From: a virus
Lineage: Duplodnaviria; Caudoviricetes
Strand: one strand, 5' to 3'
Virus record (IMG/VR): IMGVR_UViG_3300021387_000164
Span: 35,056 to 99,055 of that record
Length of the DNA stretch: 64,000 bases
In this document: piece by piece, positions 12,523-23,407 of the stretch
Numbering within the stretch: position 1 is the first letter of the stretch
How the letters are laid out: each line of letters opens with the position of its first letter
Notes under the pieces: model-generated
The model's input: only the letters and a program-made list of their open reading frames with translations
What the model was told of the DNA's origin: nothing
The model's database searches: none
Position numbers and translations under genes: made by a program

Positions 12523-14296
12523 ATTTAGAGAACGCTTTAAAGCTTATAAGAACGGCAAAATGCCTTATAAAAATGGTAAGATTATAAAGAGCGACTACTA
12601 GGATTATAATCATACTATAGATTTTCTAGATAAACACGAAGGTTTTGAAGATCATGTTTATCCTGACGGAAAAGGAATTCCTACTATTGGTTACGGATTC
12701 ACTGATCCTGCTTATATAAAGATGAATACAATGTCTAAAGATGTAGCTAGGCAAATACTTCATAAAGAGCTTGTAAACAGAGATCGCTTTCTGAGTAGAT
12801 TAAAGAACTGGGATAAACTTGGAGAAGGAGGTAAAACAGCGTTGCGCGCTTACTATTATAATTATCCCGCAGGTTTTAAAAAAGCTACAAAGTTTATGTA
12901 GGCTTGGAATTCCGGTAATTATGAAGAAGCTATAAGACAAGTGAATGCTGGTTGGAACGATGAAGCTAATCGAGGTTTAAGAAATAGAAGAATAGAGGAG
13001 CAAGAATTGCTTAGAAATGATCCTTTTATAATGTCTGTTCTTAACGACAATTGGAAATTACCAGTCCCAAAATTAACTAAATAGAACGAAGAACTGTAGT
13101 TTAAACCTTGGTCTAATTATCATGGTACAGATTATCCTATAAATAATCCTGCACCATCTAGTATATCTTCTTGGAATAGTCTGCAGAGTCCTGCATATAC
13201 TCCAGTAGAATATAATGCTAGTCAGTCTTACTTAAGACTACCTAACATAAAGAATGTAACGGAATAGTCTATTATGACTCCTAAGTTTAAGAACGGTAAG
13301 CTTCCAGAATATGAAGATGGAAACACGCCTGTTACAACAGGAGGAGCCGGATATATTCCCCCAGTTCCAACGTGGAATTTTCCTACATCTAAAGAAGAGG
13401 CTAGATTGAGATTATATAATCAAGTAAATCCAAGTTGGGGTTTTACAGATGATACTATTGATGCGACAATAAACACTCTACTGTACAATAAAAATAATTG
13501 GTCTCACGATAAAAGATTTGTTACAGTAAAAGATCCATATGTAGACGGTGTTTGGGCTGAATATTTACAGATTCCGCAGGATAAACGCAGAAGTAAATAT
13601 AAACTAGAACCATCTGCATATAGACCTAAGATTGGGGACGAAAAATCTATATAGTATTATAGAGTTCCTATAGATACCCTTACAAAAGCTAAATTAATAC
13701 GAGAAGGTAGTACTCTTCCAATAGGAAAAAATAAATTATCTATTGCTTTAGGAGGTTACAATCACGGGGAGCATACTATAGGAAAAGGAATAGATCCGCA
13801 TAAAGGAGAATATATTTCATACTATGATAGATGGGATTTAAATCCTCTCAGTAGTAGATATTCTTCCGAAACCAAATTAAAAAACAATCGCATAATTAAA
13901 AAGTTAGGATTACTTGATAACAGAAAGCATGGGGATTTGTCTTTTGGTATTGGTAAACCAATAGACTTTTACGATAGAATTTATTTGGATAATTACTACG
14001 GAGTAGATTCTTCTGCTAGCCCTGGTACTTATTACGGCGGATGGCTACCAGAAATATTTGTTGACAGTTTTGGAACAGGACGTACTACAAATACAATGGG
14101 AGACCACACGGAGTTCGGAGTTCCTCAGTATGCTAACGGTAAATCTCCCATATATATTAAACCTGCTAATCGTGGTAAATTCACTGCACTAAAGAAACGC
14201 ACAGGACATTCAGCATCTTGGTTTAAGAAGAATGGAACTCCTGCACAGAAGAAGATGGCTACTTTTGCTTTAAATGCACGAAAGTGGTCGCACTAA
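12503..14296 (+). CDS. Modular protein with GH24 (T4-like) lysozyme domain, 597 aa (TAG at 12599, 12899, 13082, 13097, 13265, 13652)
   Basis: HEGFEDHVYPDGKGIPTIGYG fits E-x8-D-x5-T catalytic motif; GLRNRRIEE C-terminal lysozyme motif; frame continues through track ORFs 13274 and 13937 to TAA. Confidence 0.85.
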
Positions 14297-14338
14297 TATA
14301 ACAGAATAAACTGTACAAATTAACTTACATATTATAAT

Positions 14339-15514
14339 ATGGCAAAGAAAAAGAATACAATTCCGAGCGGATTTGAAGATATTCTCGGTAACGTCTATTC
14401 TAATGCTGAGCAAGGCGAAGGTATTACGAATATTGATGACATCAATGAATTCGATGATCCAATCGTTGAAAACGATAATAATAAGAACGTGCCGCCAGTG
14501 AATAATCCTGAGGACGGCGATAAACAAGGTCTAACTGACATAGACCCAAACGCACATGAGGACGATTCTCCGGAACCTCCTGTAAACAATCCAGAACCAC
14601 CAACAACCGAACAACCTGTAGATGATCCCAATAATACTGAAGACGATAATCAAAACCCTTCAGAAGAGGATATAATAGAGGGTCAGCAGGTAAGCCTTTT
14701 GTTTGAGGCTATCGGTAATTCGCTTGGGTGGAATATGGATGAGATTGATGACAAGGATAAGCCTGTCACTGTGGATGAACTTACTAAATATTTTAGTGAC
14801 GTAGTAGAACAGAACTCCAAGCCTGAGTACGCGGACGATCGTATACAGGCGCTCGACGAGTATGTAAGAAATGGAGGCAAGTTCGAAGATTTCTACCACA
14901 GACAGCAAGAGGCGCTTTCTCTTGATAACATCGATCTCGAAGACGAGAATAATCAAAAAGCAGTAGTTCGTGAGCTTATGCAGCGTAGTGGTTACTCAGA
15001 TGAGCTTATTAATAAGAAAATTGCTCGATATGAAGAGAGTGACATGCTGTATGAGGAATCAGAGGATGCTTTGGATAGATTAAAGCAGCTTCGTCAACAA
15101 GAAGTAGAAGAGACTCAGAGACAACAGGAAGAGTACGCTAGACAGCAAGAAGAGGAGTCTAGAGCATTCTTTAATACGGTTACTAAGGATATTAACGAGC
15201 TTACTAATATCAGAGGTATCGCAATTCCAAAGGAAGACCGTAAAGCATTGTTTGATTATATTTTCAAAGTAGATCAAAACGGAATGTCTCAATATCAAAA
15301 AGATTTTGCTAAGAATCAATCTAAGAACTTAATTGAGTCTGCATACTTCACAATGAAAGCCGATGCTTTAATTGCCAATGCTAAAAACACCGGAGAAACA
15401 TCCGCTACTGAAAAACTTAGGAAAATGTTAAGGCATAGTGCAAAGAATCATAGCACTTACAATGCCGATGATAAACAAAAGTCAGTAACAGACATGGTAA
15501 GTGGTATGTTCTGA
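14339..15514 (+). CDS. Acidic scaffold-like capsid assembly protein
   Basis: 391 aa, D/E/P-rich N-terminus, coiled coil, immediately upstream of MCP. Confidence 0.65.
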   Translation: MAKKKNTIPSGFEDILGNVYSNAEQGEGITNIDDINEFDDPIVENDNNKNVPPVNNPEDGDKQGLTDIDPNAHEDDSPEPPVNNPEPPTTEQPVDDPNNTEDDNQNPSEEDIIEGQQVSLLFEAIGNSLGWNMDEIDDKDKPVTVDELTKYFSDVVEQNSKPEYADDRIQALDEYVRNGGKFEDFYHRQQEALSLDNIDLEDENNQKAVVRELMQRSGYSDELINKKIARYEESDMLYEESEDALDRLKQLRQQEVEETQRQQEEYARQQEEESRAFFNTVTKDINELTNIRGIAIPKEDRKALFDYIFKVDQNGMSQYQKDFAKNQSKNLIESAYFTMKADALIANAKNTGETSATEKLRKMLRHSAKNHSTYNADDKQKSVTDMVSGMF

Positions 15515-15535
15515 CGCACACAATTATAAATATAT

Positions 15536-17059
15536 ATGAATAATAGTTTGCTTAATAATCTCCAGCTGTATCGCGGACGTCGTTTCAGCGACCTGGTAGA
15601 TGAGAATATGATTTCTAATGCGCTGCTGACCAAGCCTCATGAGGTATCTGGTCTGCTTTCACTGGTATTTGGTACAAAAGACGATGGTGTATCAACCGCT
15701 ATCGATTTGATTACTGGTGGTCTTGGCAAGACAATGATTATCGATAACCGTGAGTTTGAGTGGAGCGTTATGATCGACTCTGACCACGCTATCAACATTC
15801 GCTGGGCTAAGTGGAATGGCCAGGAGGTTTCTACTTCTAACTACTCTACAATTACTCCAGGTTTGAATGGTACTCCTATTTATCTTGCTCTTGAAGAGCG
15901 TTGGTTTGGCCCAGGTGCAATTCTCGCATTTGATGATTACAAGTTCCAGGTTCGTGTAACAGGTCTTCCTTATCAAGATGGTAGCTCTTGGGTATATGAG
16001 TGCTATGTAATCGATGGCGCACAGGCTTCTTATATTCCTGGTGAGTTCCTGCTCGCTGGTCGTCAGGTTAACCGTATTGGTTCAGCTTACGAGGAGTACA
16101 GCGATGAGGCTGATATCATCAACTATCAGACTCCATTCAAGATGCGTAGCCACCTGCAGACTCTCCGTCTGACATATGATATCACTGGTGATGCATATAG
16201 CACAGTTTTGGCTATTGCTCTGACAGATCCTGAGACAGGTAAGAAGTCTTATTTGTGGGCTGATTATCAGTATTGGAAGGCTCTGCGTGAGTGGAAGAAG
16301 AGAGAGGAGTATGCTCTCCTGTTCTCTAAGAGCAACCGTCTGAGCGATGGTACATATCTGAATAAGGGTACAAACGGTCGTCCAGCTCCTACAATGAGCG
16401 GTCTGTTTGAGCAGGTTAGTCCAGCTAACGTTCGTTATTACACAACTCTTACAGCTGAATTGCTCGAGGATTATCTGTTCGATCTGTGTTACAACATTCT
16501 TGGTACAAATGAGCGTAAGTTCATTGCCCTGACTGGTGAGATGGGTATCCGTGAGTTCGACCGTATCCTGAAGGAGAAGGTTGCTACATTCAATATGATT
16601 GATACACACTTCGTAACTGGTTCTGGTCAGGATCTGGCTCTTGGTGGTCAGTTCACAACCTATAAGATGACTAACGGCATTGAGTTGACATTGAAGCGTT
16701 GTCCTTTGTTTGATAACATGGAGATGTTCCGTCAGTTGCACCCACTGACAGGTAAACCACTGATGTCTTACACATTCCTGTTTGTTGACCTTGGTTCACG
16801 CGATGGTCAGGCTAACGTAGTAAAGGTTTGTCGTAAGGGTCGTGAGTTTGTACAGTGGTGTACTGCTGGTTCTGTAGCTCCTAATGGTTATAGCAACAAC
16901 ATTAACAATGTTCGTTCTAACAGCCGTGATGGTTATCAGGTACACTTCCTCGGTGAGGAGGGTATTATGTTGCGTAACCCATTGTCTTGCGGTATTCTGT
17001 ACTGCGACGCAGAAGACACAGAGATTGCTAACGACGGTAATGTTGCCGTAGGCGCGTAA
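15536..17059 (+). CDS. Major capsid protein (crAss-like)
   Basis: 507 aa, high-expression codon bias, no TAG, canonical position; motifs REFEW, AYEEYS, NSRDGYQVHFL. Confidence 0.88.
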   Translation: MNNSLLNNLQLYRGRRFSDLVDENMISNALLTKPHEVSGLLSLVFGTKDDGVSTAIDLITGGLGKTMIIDNREFEWSVMIDSDHAINIRWAKWNGQEVSTSNYSTITPGLNGTPIYLALEERWFGPGAILAFDDYKFQVRVTGLPYQDGSSWVYECYVIDGAQASYIPGEFLLAGRQVNRIGSAYEEYSDEADIINYQTPFKMRSHLQTLRLTYDITGDAYSTVLAIALTDPETGKKSYLWADYQYWKALREWKKREEYALLFSKSNRLSDGTYLNKGTNGRPAPTMSGLFEQVSPANVRYYTTLTAELLEDYLFDLCYNILGTNERKFIALTGEMGIREFDRILKEKVATFNMIDTHFVTGSGQDLALGGQFTTYKMTNGIELTLKRCPLFDNMEMFRQLHPLTGKPLMSYTFLFVDLGSRDGQANVVKVCRKGREFVQWCTAGSVAPNGYSNNINNVRSNSRDGYQVHFLGEEGIMLRNPLSCGILYCDAEDTEIANDGNVAVGA

Positions 17060-17076
17060 TCTTATTAATAAAACAT

Positions 17077-17120
17077 TGATGTCTGAGCCCCAGTTATAAT
17101 GGCTGGGGCGTTCAGCATCA
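17077..17120 (+). promoter_or_regulatory. Long intergenic stem-loop after MCP (no U-tract)
   Basis: TGATG..GCCCCAGTT-ATAAT-GGCTGGGGC..CATCA inverted repeat. Confidence 0.6.
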
Positions 17121-17142
17121 CAACATACTAATTATACTAATT

Positions 17143-17895
17143 ATGGTAGTTGAACTTAGAATTAAAAAGAAGAATCCCTGGGCAGGGTTAATTAAGTACA
17201 AGAGTTGTTTTGATTATATTGCTCCTTATTTTACTCGTTCCGGGTCGATTTATACGGGTCTCACCCCAGAAGATGAGAAATATTTTGAGAAAGCTTTAGG
17301 TTATCCTGAAGGACACCTTGCAAAAAGTTCAGATTTTTGGACAACCTTCTGTGTAAAAGTAGGTTCTCGTACACTGCTCCTTGACGATTCAATTCCACGT
17401 CAGGCAATGCTTATTAAGTTTCTTACTGGTCACAAGCGTGTAGCAACATCGCTGGATAGACTTGATGCCGGCAAAGATTATTTGTTGATTAATCGTGAGG
17501 CTGAGGCTGTAGAACAGAACAAACAGAATAAGCTCCGCCGTGACGCAATCCGTGAATTTGATAGTCTGTCACTTGAGCAAATGCGTAAATGTTTACGTTT
17601 GTTTGGTATGAATGCAGATAGAATGTCAAATGAGCTCGTAGAGTCTACGTTGTTTAGCATGGTTGATAAAAATCCGAAGAAGTTCTTTGATAAGTGGGTT
17701 AACAACAAGTCAAAGGATACAGAGTTCTTGCTTGAGAACGCTATTGCAAAAGGTGTTATTCGTAAGGATAAGACTCATTACTTCTATGGAACAGACATGT
17801 TCGCTGATTCATTAGACGATGCTATTGCATATCTTGACAGTAAGAAAAACCAAGATCTGAAGCTTTCTATTATTAACGAAACAAATAATAAGTGA
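17143..17895 (+). CDS. Conserved crAss-like protein downstream of MCP
   Basis: 250-aa ORF, synteny. Confidence 0.75.
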   Translation: MVVELRIKKKNPWAGLIKYKSCFDYIAPYFTRSGSIYTGLTPEDEKYFEKALGYPEGHLAKSSDFWTTFCVKVGSRTLLLDDSIPRQAMLIKFLTGHKRVATSLDRLDAGKDYLLINREAEAVEQNKQNKLRRDAIREFDSLSLEQMRKCLRLFGMNADRMSNELVESTLFSMVDKNPKKFFDKWVNNKSKDTEFLLENAIAKGVIRKDKTHYFYGTDMFADSLDDAIAYLDSKKNQDLKLSIINETNNK

Positions 17896-17915
17896 TCTAA
17901 TCACTAATATAAGAT

Positions 17916-18893
17916 ATGACGCATAACGACGTATATACTAAATTCATGATAGGGTATGACAAGGCTAATGTAACTTCGTCGTATCCAGCGTTAACAAAAT
18001 ATGAAGTTGCTACAATTCTTGATAAAGCGTACGATGCGTTAATTGCGTAGAAAGTTACAGGTAATAATCCAAGACGTGTTCCGTTTGAAGCCGACCAAAA
18101 GCAAATAGCCGACTTGCAAAAACTTATTACATATAAGAAAGTGCAATTTAAACAGGCTATTGACGGACAGTATATGGAAACGCAAAATGTTAGTGAATTC
18201 GATCTTCCAGAAGACTTTAAGTATTATGTTAGATTGTTATTAGAATATAATACGAACGATCCAACGGAAGATCGTGTTTACGAAACAGCTGTATTTTCTC
18301 CCAACTCGATTACATACATTGGGCAAGACGACGATAAGTGGGTGAGCCTTAATGAAGGCTATAAAGCAACCAATCCAGACGAACAGCGTGAAATACAGCA
18401 GCAATTTGGGGACTGGATACAGTGGAGAAATCTTTATTATGCTACTGGTATTGAAGATATAGTAAATACAAATCTCATGATTGCTGAGAATTCTGACGGT
18501 AAGCCTTATGACAGACGACAAGTCAGAATGCTCCCGGTTAAACTTGTATCGCACGACATAGCTGAAAAGTTTATAACAACAGCATATAATATGCCGTGGG
18601 TAAAGAACCCTGTTTGCTATATATACAATGACACAGTTGCAGTTGTATATGACGCGTTAAGAAAACCTAACGTGGAGCCAGAAGATATCGCACATTTTGT
18701 TTATATTCGTGATCCAAAGAAATTTGTTACGAGCGATCCAAATGTGTGTGACTTCTCCAGCGCCACCGAGATGGAAATATCCGATACTGCCTCTGAAGAG
18801 CTTATAAATCTTGCAATATCATTTGCATTAGAAAACACAGAGTCTTCTGCTAGGTTGAGTACTAAACTAAATATGAGAGGGCTTGAGTCATGA
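17916..18893 (+). CDS. Virion ring/neck protein, 325 aa (TAG at 18048)
   Basis: MTHNDVYTKFMIGYDK...ALIA*KVTGNN in frame with track ORF 18114; paralogous features with the next two genes. Confidence 0.7.
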
Positions 18894-19603
18894 CAATAAA
18901 TCAAACACGACAACTTGGAATAGAATTTGAACGCAGAGTTCAAACTATGATTCCCGAAACTGAGTACGCAGAGAAGTTGGATACTGATACAATATATTCA
19001 TACTTGAATCAATATCAAGATATGTTTATACGTGACATATATAAATCCTTGGGGGCAATTGCTCAACAACAACACCCAAGTGAATATATAGAAACGATAC
19101 TGCAAACCTTTCTTTCATACTTTGCTATGAATCTTGAAAATGTGGACAATCAGTATCAAGCAAAACTTCCATCAAACTTTGGTTTATACGTTGACAGTTC
19201 TACTAGAGTTTCTAGTTCTTATAGAATGAAGACTAATGCGGAAGATACATCTGGTGTAGTTTCAAACGTATTTGTTTCTCAGACTATTGCTCAGCAATTC
19301 TTAATGCAGCCATCAGATTCAATGAGGATTATAAGAAACCCTATTGTATATTTAGACACTAATAGTAGAATAAAGCTCATCTGCGATAGATACACTAATC
19401 CTACTACGATAGGGCTTCATTATTATAGAATGCCTAAGTATATGAACTTAATGGAATCTGTTCCGTGTGAATTACCAATGGAGGTTTTTGAGACTCTCGT
19501 ATCTGGCGCTGTAGATCTTTATGTACAATATGTTGCTGGTGCTGAGGCAAGAAAAAGACAAATTGCTGAACAACAGAAACAGAATGCTAAAAACGAACAA
19601 TAA
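18890..19603 (+). CDS. Virion ring/neck protein
   Basis: 237 aa; YLNQYQ, YYRMP, CELP motifs; overlap-coupled. Confidence 0.65.
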   Translation: MTINQTRQLGIEFERRVQTMIPETEYAEKLDTDTIYSYLNQYQDMFIRDIYKSLGAIAQQQHPSEYIETILQTFLSYFAMNLENVDNQYQAKLPSNFGLYVDSSTRVSSSYRMKTNAEDTSGVVSNVFVSQTIAQQFLMQPSDSMRIIRNPIVYLDTNSRIKLICDRYTNPTTIGLHYYRMPKYMNLMESVPCELPMEVFETLVSGAVDLYVQYVAGAEARKRQIAEQQKQNAKNEQ

Positions 19604-20292
19604 TGGTAGGAGTTGATATAATAGGTTCGTTCGAGCTTGAAATAAACAAGCTGGACGACACATTACAGAAACCTCGTACGGATGACTCTATATACTGGGT
19701 GAACCAGGCTGCGGTAAAGTTTACTAAGGATAGATTCAACGGAAACACACCAAAGCGCACATCTTACGAACAGACTGAAAAACGGTCTAGAGATTTGATT
19801 AATTTGCTTAATGAAGATGTTTGGGAAACTCCTGTCATCTCGGCTACTCATGAAAATTATAATGAGTACGAATATACTTATCCCACCGATATGTTGTATG
19901 TTCTAAATGAAGATGTTGTTATATCAGATAACAATGATGAACATGCGATGGATACTTGTGTATTCGAATGTACAGCAGATAGTTTCATGTATCGAATCAA
20001 TAATTCGCTTACAGACTTTCATTATCGTTATCATAGAGCTCGTCCTTTGCGAGTTAGAACAAAAGACGGCTTTCGGTTATTGACCGACAAGAATTATAAA
20101 ATAAAGAAATACGTGGTAGGGTACCTCAAGGTTCCTACTGAAATTGATTCTCAAGATCCGTTTAAAGAGTACACGGATTTTGCAGATAATGTATGGGCAG
20201 AGATTATTAAAATAGCGGCTCAAATGTATGTTGAAAACAAACAAGACCCTCGCTATAAAACTCTAACCCAAGAAGTACTCACACAAGAATAA
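19603..20292 (+). CDS. Virion ring/neck protein
   Basis: 229 aa; SYEQTEKR..DL, YLKVP, EIIKIAAQMY motifs; TAATG coupling. Confidence 0.65.
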   Translation: MVGVDIIGSFELEINKLDDTLQKPRTDDSIYWVNQAAVKFTKDRFNGNTPKRTSYEQTEKRSRDLINLLNEDVWETPVISATHENYNEYEYTYPTDMLYVLNEDVVISDNNDEHAMDTCVFECTADSFMYRINNSLTDFHYRYHRARPLRVRTKDGFRLLTDKNYKIKKYVVGYLKVPTEIDSQDPFKEYTDFADNVWAEIIKIAAQMYVENKQDPRYKTLTQEVLTQE

Positions 20293-20371
20293 TAATTTTA
20301 ACGTGGAAACCCCAGCTAGTTAGGTCTAGCCTTTGTGTATAGGGGGAGTAGAAAAAATTAAATTTTAAATT

Positions 20372-21418
20372 ATGTTAAACTACGTAAATACTGTACTCGT
20401 TAGCAATCTGGCTACTGGTGCAGTGCTGGCAGCTGAGCCTGCTCAGGCCGCTTCGATGAACGCTGCATCTGCTGATGCTGGCAAGTTTATTATCATGAAC
20501 TGCGATGCTAATGTAGCTTCTGGTGATCTTTATAATGTAACAGCTGCTAATGCTGGCAACATCAACACTATTAAGGTTGGTATCGTAACAAAGAAGAACA
20601 CTGTTCTCCGTAAGCAGAATGGTACTGTTGAGTATCGTCCTATTATCAAGTGGTCTAATGAGATCAAGGCCGCTGATATTAAGAGCTTTAATGCCCTGAA
20701 TTATGCAGCTGACACAGAGGACCAGGTTACTATTGATTTCAGTAATCTTGACGCTCAGGTTGCTACTCTGTTTGCTGAGGGTGGCAAGCGTATCATCGTT
20801 CGCCTGACATTCAAGGATCTGCCTACACGCTTCCGCAACTGGACAGAGTCTTATGAGTATGTTACACAGATTGGTGATACCGCAGCAACTATTGCTCAGA
20901 ATATCGCTAATCAGATTAATTCAGAGTGGAAGCGCGCTCGCGTATCTGCAACTGGTAGCAACTCTCAGGTTGTTATTACAGCTCTGCCTTACGATGACGA
21001 CGAGGCTGTTGAAACACTGAACTGGGCCGCTAAGGTTCGCTTCAATGCAAATGTTTATTATACCGATCCTGCTGCTGACGGATGGGAGTCTAAGAATAAG
21101 CATTTCCCTGCAGGTGTTGCTATCAACAAGGTTCCTGGAAAGCAGTATCCAGCTTCTGCTAAGCTTGTTCGTGATCGTGAGTCTTGGGCTATGGGTTATC
21201 AGGGCATCCTGAACCGTGGCGAGGGCACATGGCCAATCATCAAGCCTGCTATGGAGGCTGACATCACAGCTCAGTACGACGCTCTTACTCTCGAGTTTGA
21301 GAATATGTATCGTGCTGCTGACGACATTCAGCGTAAGACAAAGCAGACTCTTGAGGTATATGGTATCACAGGTCAGCTTTCAGATCTTAAGGATATTCTC
21401 GAGGCTTTTGTAGCCTAA
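20372..21418 (+). CDS. Abundant structural protein (capsid auxiliary/decoration-like)
   Basis: 348 aa, same high-expression codon usage as MCP, no TAG, followed by terminator. Confidence 0.6.
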   Translation: MLNYVNTVLVSNLATGAVLAAEPAQAASMNAASADAGKFIIMNCDANVASGDLYNVTAANAGNINTIKVGIVTKKNTVLRKQNGTVEYRPIIKWSNEIKAADIKSFNALNYAADTEDQVTIDFSNLDAQVATLFAEGGKRIIVRLTFKDLPTRFRNWTESYEYVTQIGDTAATIAQNIANQINSEWKRARVSATGSNSQVVITALPYDDDEAVETLNWAAKVRFNANVYYTDPAADGWESKNKHFPAGVAINKVPGKQYPASAKLVRDRESWAMGYQGILNRGEGTWPIIKPAMEADITAQYDALTLEFENMYRAADDIQRKTKQTLEVYGITGQLSDLKDILEAFVA

Positions 21419-21439
21419 TTTTAAACTAAATATAAAATC

Positions 21440-21476
21440 GGCTGGGGGTGGGCTTCGCCCGTCTCTGGCCTTTTTT
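21440..21476 (+). terminator. Rho-independent terminator
   Basis: GGCTGGGGGTGGG-CTTCG-CCCGTCTCTGGCC followed by T6. Confidence 0.8.
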
Positions 21477-21492
21477 ATCAACATATTGCAAT

Positions 21493-22845
21493 ATGAATAA
21501 GATTAGAATTGGAAACGACATTAGGCTGCTCATGACGATTGAGCAAAACGTAGACCCTAATTCAACACACGCTGGCTCATTTAATCAGTCTAGTATTAAA
21601 CAGCTTCGGTGTTACTTAGTGAATACGTCTTTTGCCAAGCGCATTCAACCAGACGATCTGACTAAGTTCAAGAGAGTCGGTTTTCCTCAATTCTATCAAC
21701 CAACTGAACACAATATAAACAACTCGGGATATCCCAGTTATTATATGATGCCTGCGAATGTTCATAATTATGACACATTCTCTCCAGACTTCCATGACTA
21801 TCACTGGTGGCCAGGTTTCCGTGGATTTGGTATCAATCCAGAGCCATTTAATCATTATAGACCACACCGCCACGATCACAAATTTGACAACGTATATCTT
21901 GCTGAATCTCAGGTACTTCCAGAGGAGAACAGGATATCGTGTTTGTTCCCCGCCGTAGATCAACTTATGTGCGGAACATACAAACTTATTGTTGTCTTAA
22001 GTGTATATGAGCAAGGATGGGGTAAGCACAATCTTCGTACATATACTATCGACAAAGGTAATATATTTGAATTAGTCGACGACCATACTGGTAAATCTGG
22101 TAACATCACAATTGATGTAGACGGTACAGGTGATAGAGAAAACTTAATAAAGTCAATATTTGCCGATAAAGATACTGATCCAAGCTCTCAAGATAAGAAT
22201 GTATTCTATCTTCCTGTAAATAGCAGTCTGCGTCTTGGATTGAATGATATAAAGGGTAAGCCATACAATATCTTCTGTATATTGAAAGACGATTGTGAAG
22301 TTGTGTATAATCCTTACGATTGGCATTTTAATCAGCTGGAGTTTAGTATTGAAAACGGAAAAGAAGACATCTTGACAGTAGACAAGCTTGGAGTTCTCAC
22401 TTCTCACGACGTGCTAGGGGTAGAAGATAGAGTTACAGTTACGGTTAGTTGTGTTGATGACCCATCAATAAATTATCAATTTGTTGTAGCTGTACAAAAC
22501 TTAGACACAATTCTTCTCGGATTTGACGATGAGGAAAATGTTCAAAATATGTATCCTACTTCTAGAACGATATATAAATATAGTATTGACAATATCGTAA
22601 TAGATAACACAAGTAGCGAAAATTACTTATGGATATTCTCTCAAAGAAAAGTTGATGGTGTTAGTAGGACTGTGATTGACACGTCTCATAATATTCCCGT
22701 CACATCCGAAGTAAACATCCCGTTGCAAGACTACGGGGTTAGAGATGGTTATTATTGTTATCGTAGCGTCGACAAAGTCGGTGCAGGAGATGTACGATTG
22801 AATGTTGAGTTTAATACAAGCCTTTATAATTACTTTGGCTATTAA
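21493..22845 (+). CDS. Hypothetical structural protein (450 aa)
   Basis: ATG at 21493 (MNKIRIGNDI); track start at 21448 lies inside the terminator; beta-rich C-terminus. Confidence 0.6.
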   Translation: MNKIRIGNDIRLLMTIEQNVDPNSTHAGSFNQSSIKQLRCYLVNTSFAKRIQPDDLTKFKRVGFPQFYQPTEHNINNSGYPSYYMMPANVHNYDTFSPDFHDYHWWPGFRGFGINPEPFNHYRPHRHDHKFDNVYLAESQVLPEENRISCLFPAVDQLMCGTYKLIVVLSVYEQGWGKHNLRTYTIDKGNIFELVDDHTGKSGNITIDVDGTGDRENLIKSIFADKDTDPSSQDKNVFYLPVNSSLRLGLNDIKGKPYNIFCILKDDCEVVYNPYDWHFNQLEFSIENGKEDILTVDKLGVLTSHDVLGVEDRVTVTVSCVDDPSINYQFVVAVQNLDTILLGFDDEENVQNMYPTSRTIYKYSIDNIVIDNTSSENYLWIFSQRKVDGVSRTVIDTSHNIPVTSEVNIPLQDYGVRDGYYCYRSVDKVGAGDVRLNVEFNTSLYNYFGY

Positions 22846-22888
22846 ACTAATACTATTCATTTTTACATAACCGTAATAAACAATAGTG

Positions 22889-23407
22889 ATGCAACATATA
22901 TCCGATACACTACAACGCATGGCAACTACATTAAATACGATTGTTAACGGTAGTATCTTAGGTAAGTTTTTTGTAGGGTTGGGTTCGGCTATAGTAGGGT
23001 ATTATACCCCAATATTGTATTTATTACTTATATGTTTTGCCACTACGTTAGTAGACATGATCTACGGCATTAAAGTGGCCAGGAAATTTCGTAAGAAAAT
23101 AGAGAGCGGTAAGAATTGGACTGGCACAGTTAGAAAGATAAAAGATACGTTTATTATCTTGTCTTTGGTACACGGCTTAGAATGGGCAGTGCTTGGTCAG
23201 TCTGGTGTATTTTTGCTTACCGGGGGTGCGACTGCAATTATAACATTAACAGAATTGTGGTCTATTATAGAGAATTTAAATACGTTGGACCCGAATGGTC
23301 CATGGCGAGCATTAGGTAAATTCCTTAGAAAAAAAGGAGAGGACTATACTGGAATAGAACTTAATCTAAATGATGAACATACTGGCGATAATAAAGTGGG
23401 TGATTAA
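22889..23407 (+). CDS. Holin
   Basis: Several hydrophobic helices, DMIYGI and ELWSIIENL motifs typical of phage holins. Confidence 0.75.
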   Translation: MQHISDTLQRMATTLNTIVNGSILGKFFVGLGSAIVGYYTPILYLLLICFATTLVDMIYGIKVARKFRKKIESGKNWTGTVRKIKDTFIILSLVHGLEWAVLGQSGVFLLTGGATAIITLTELWSIIENLNTLDPNGPWRALGKFLRKKGEDYTGIELNLNDEHTGDNKVGD

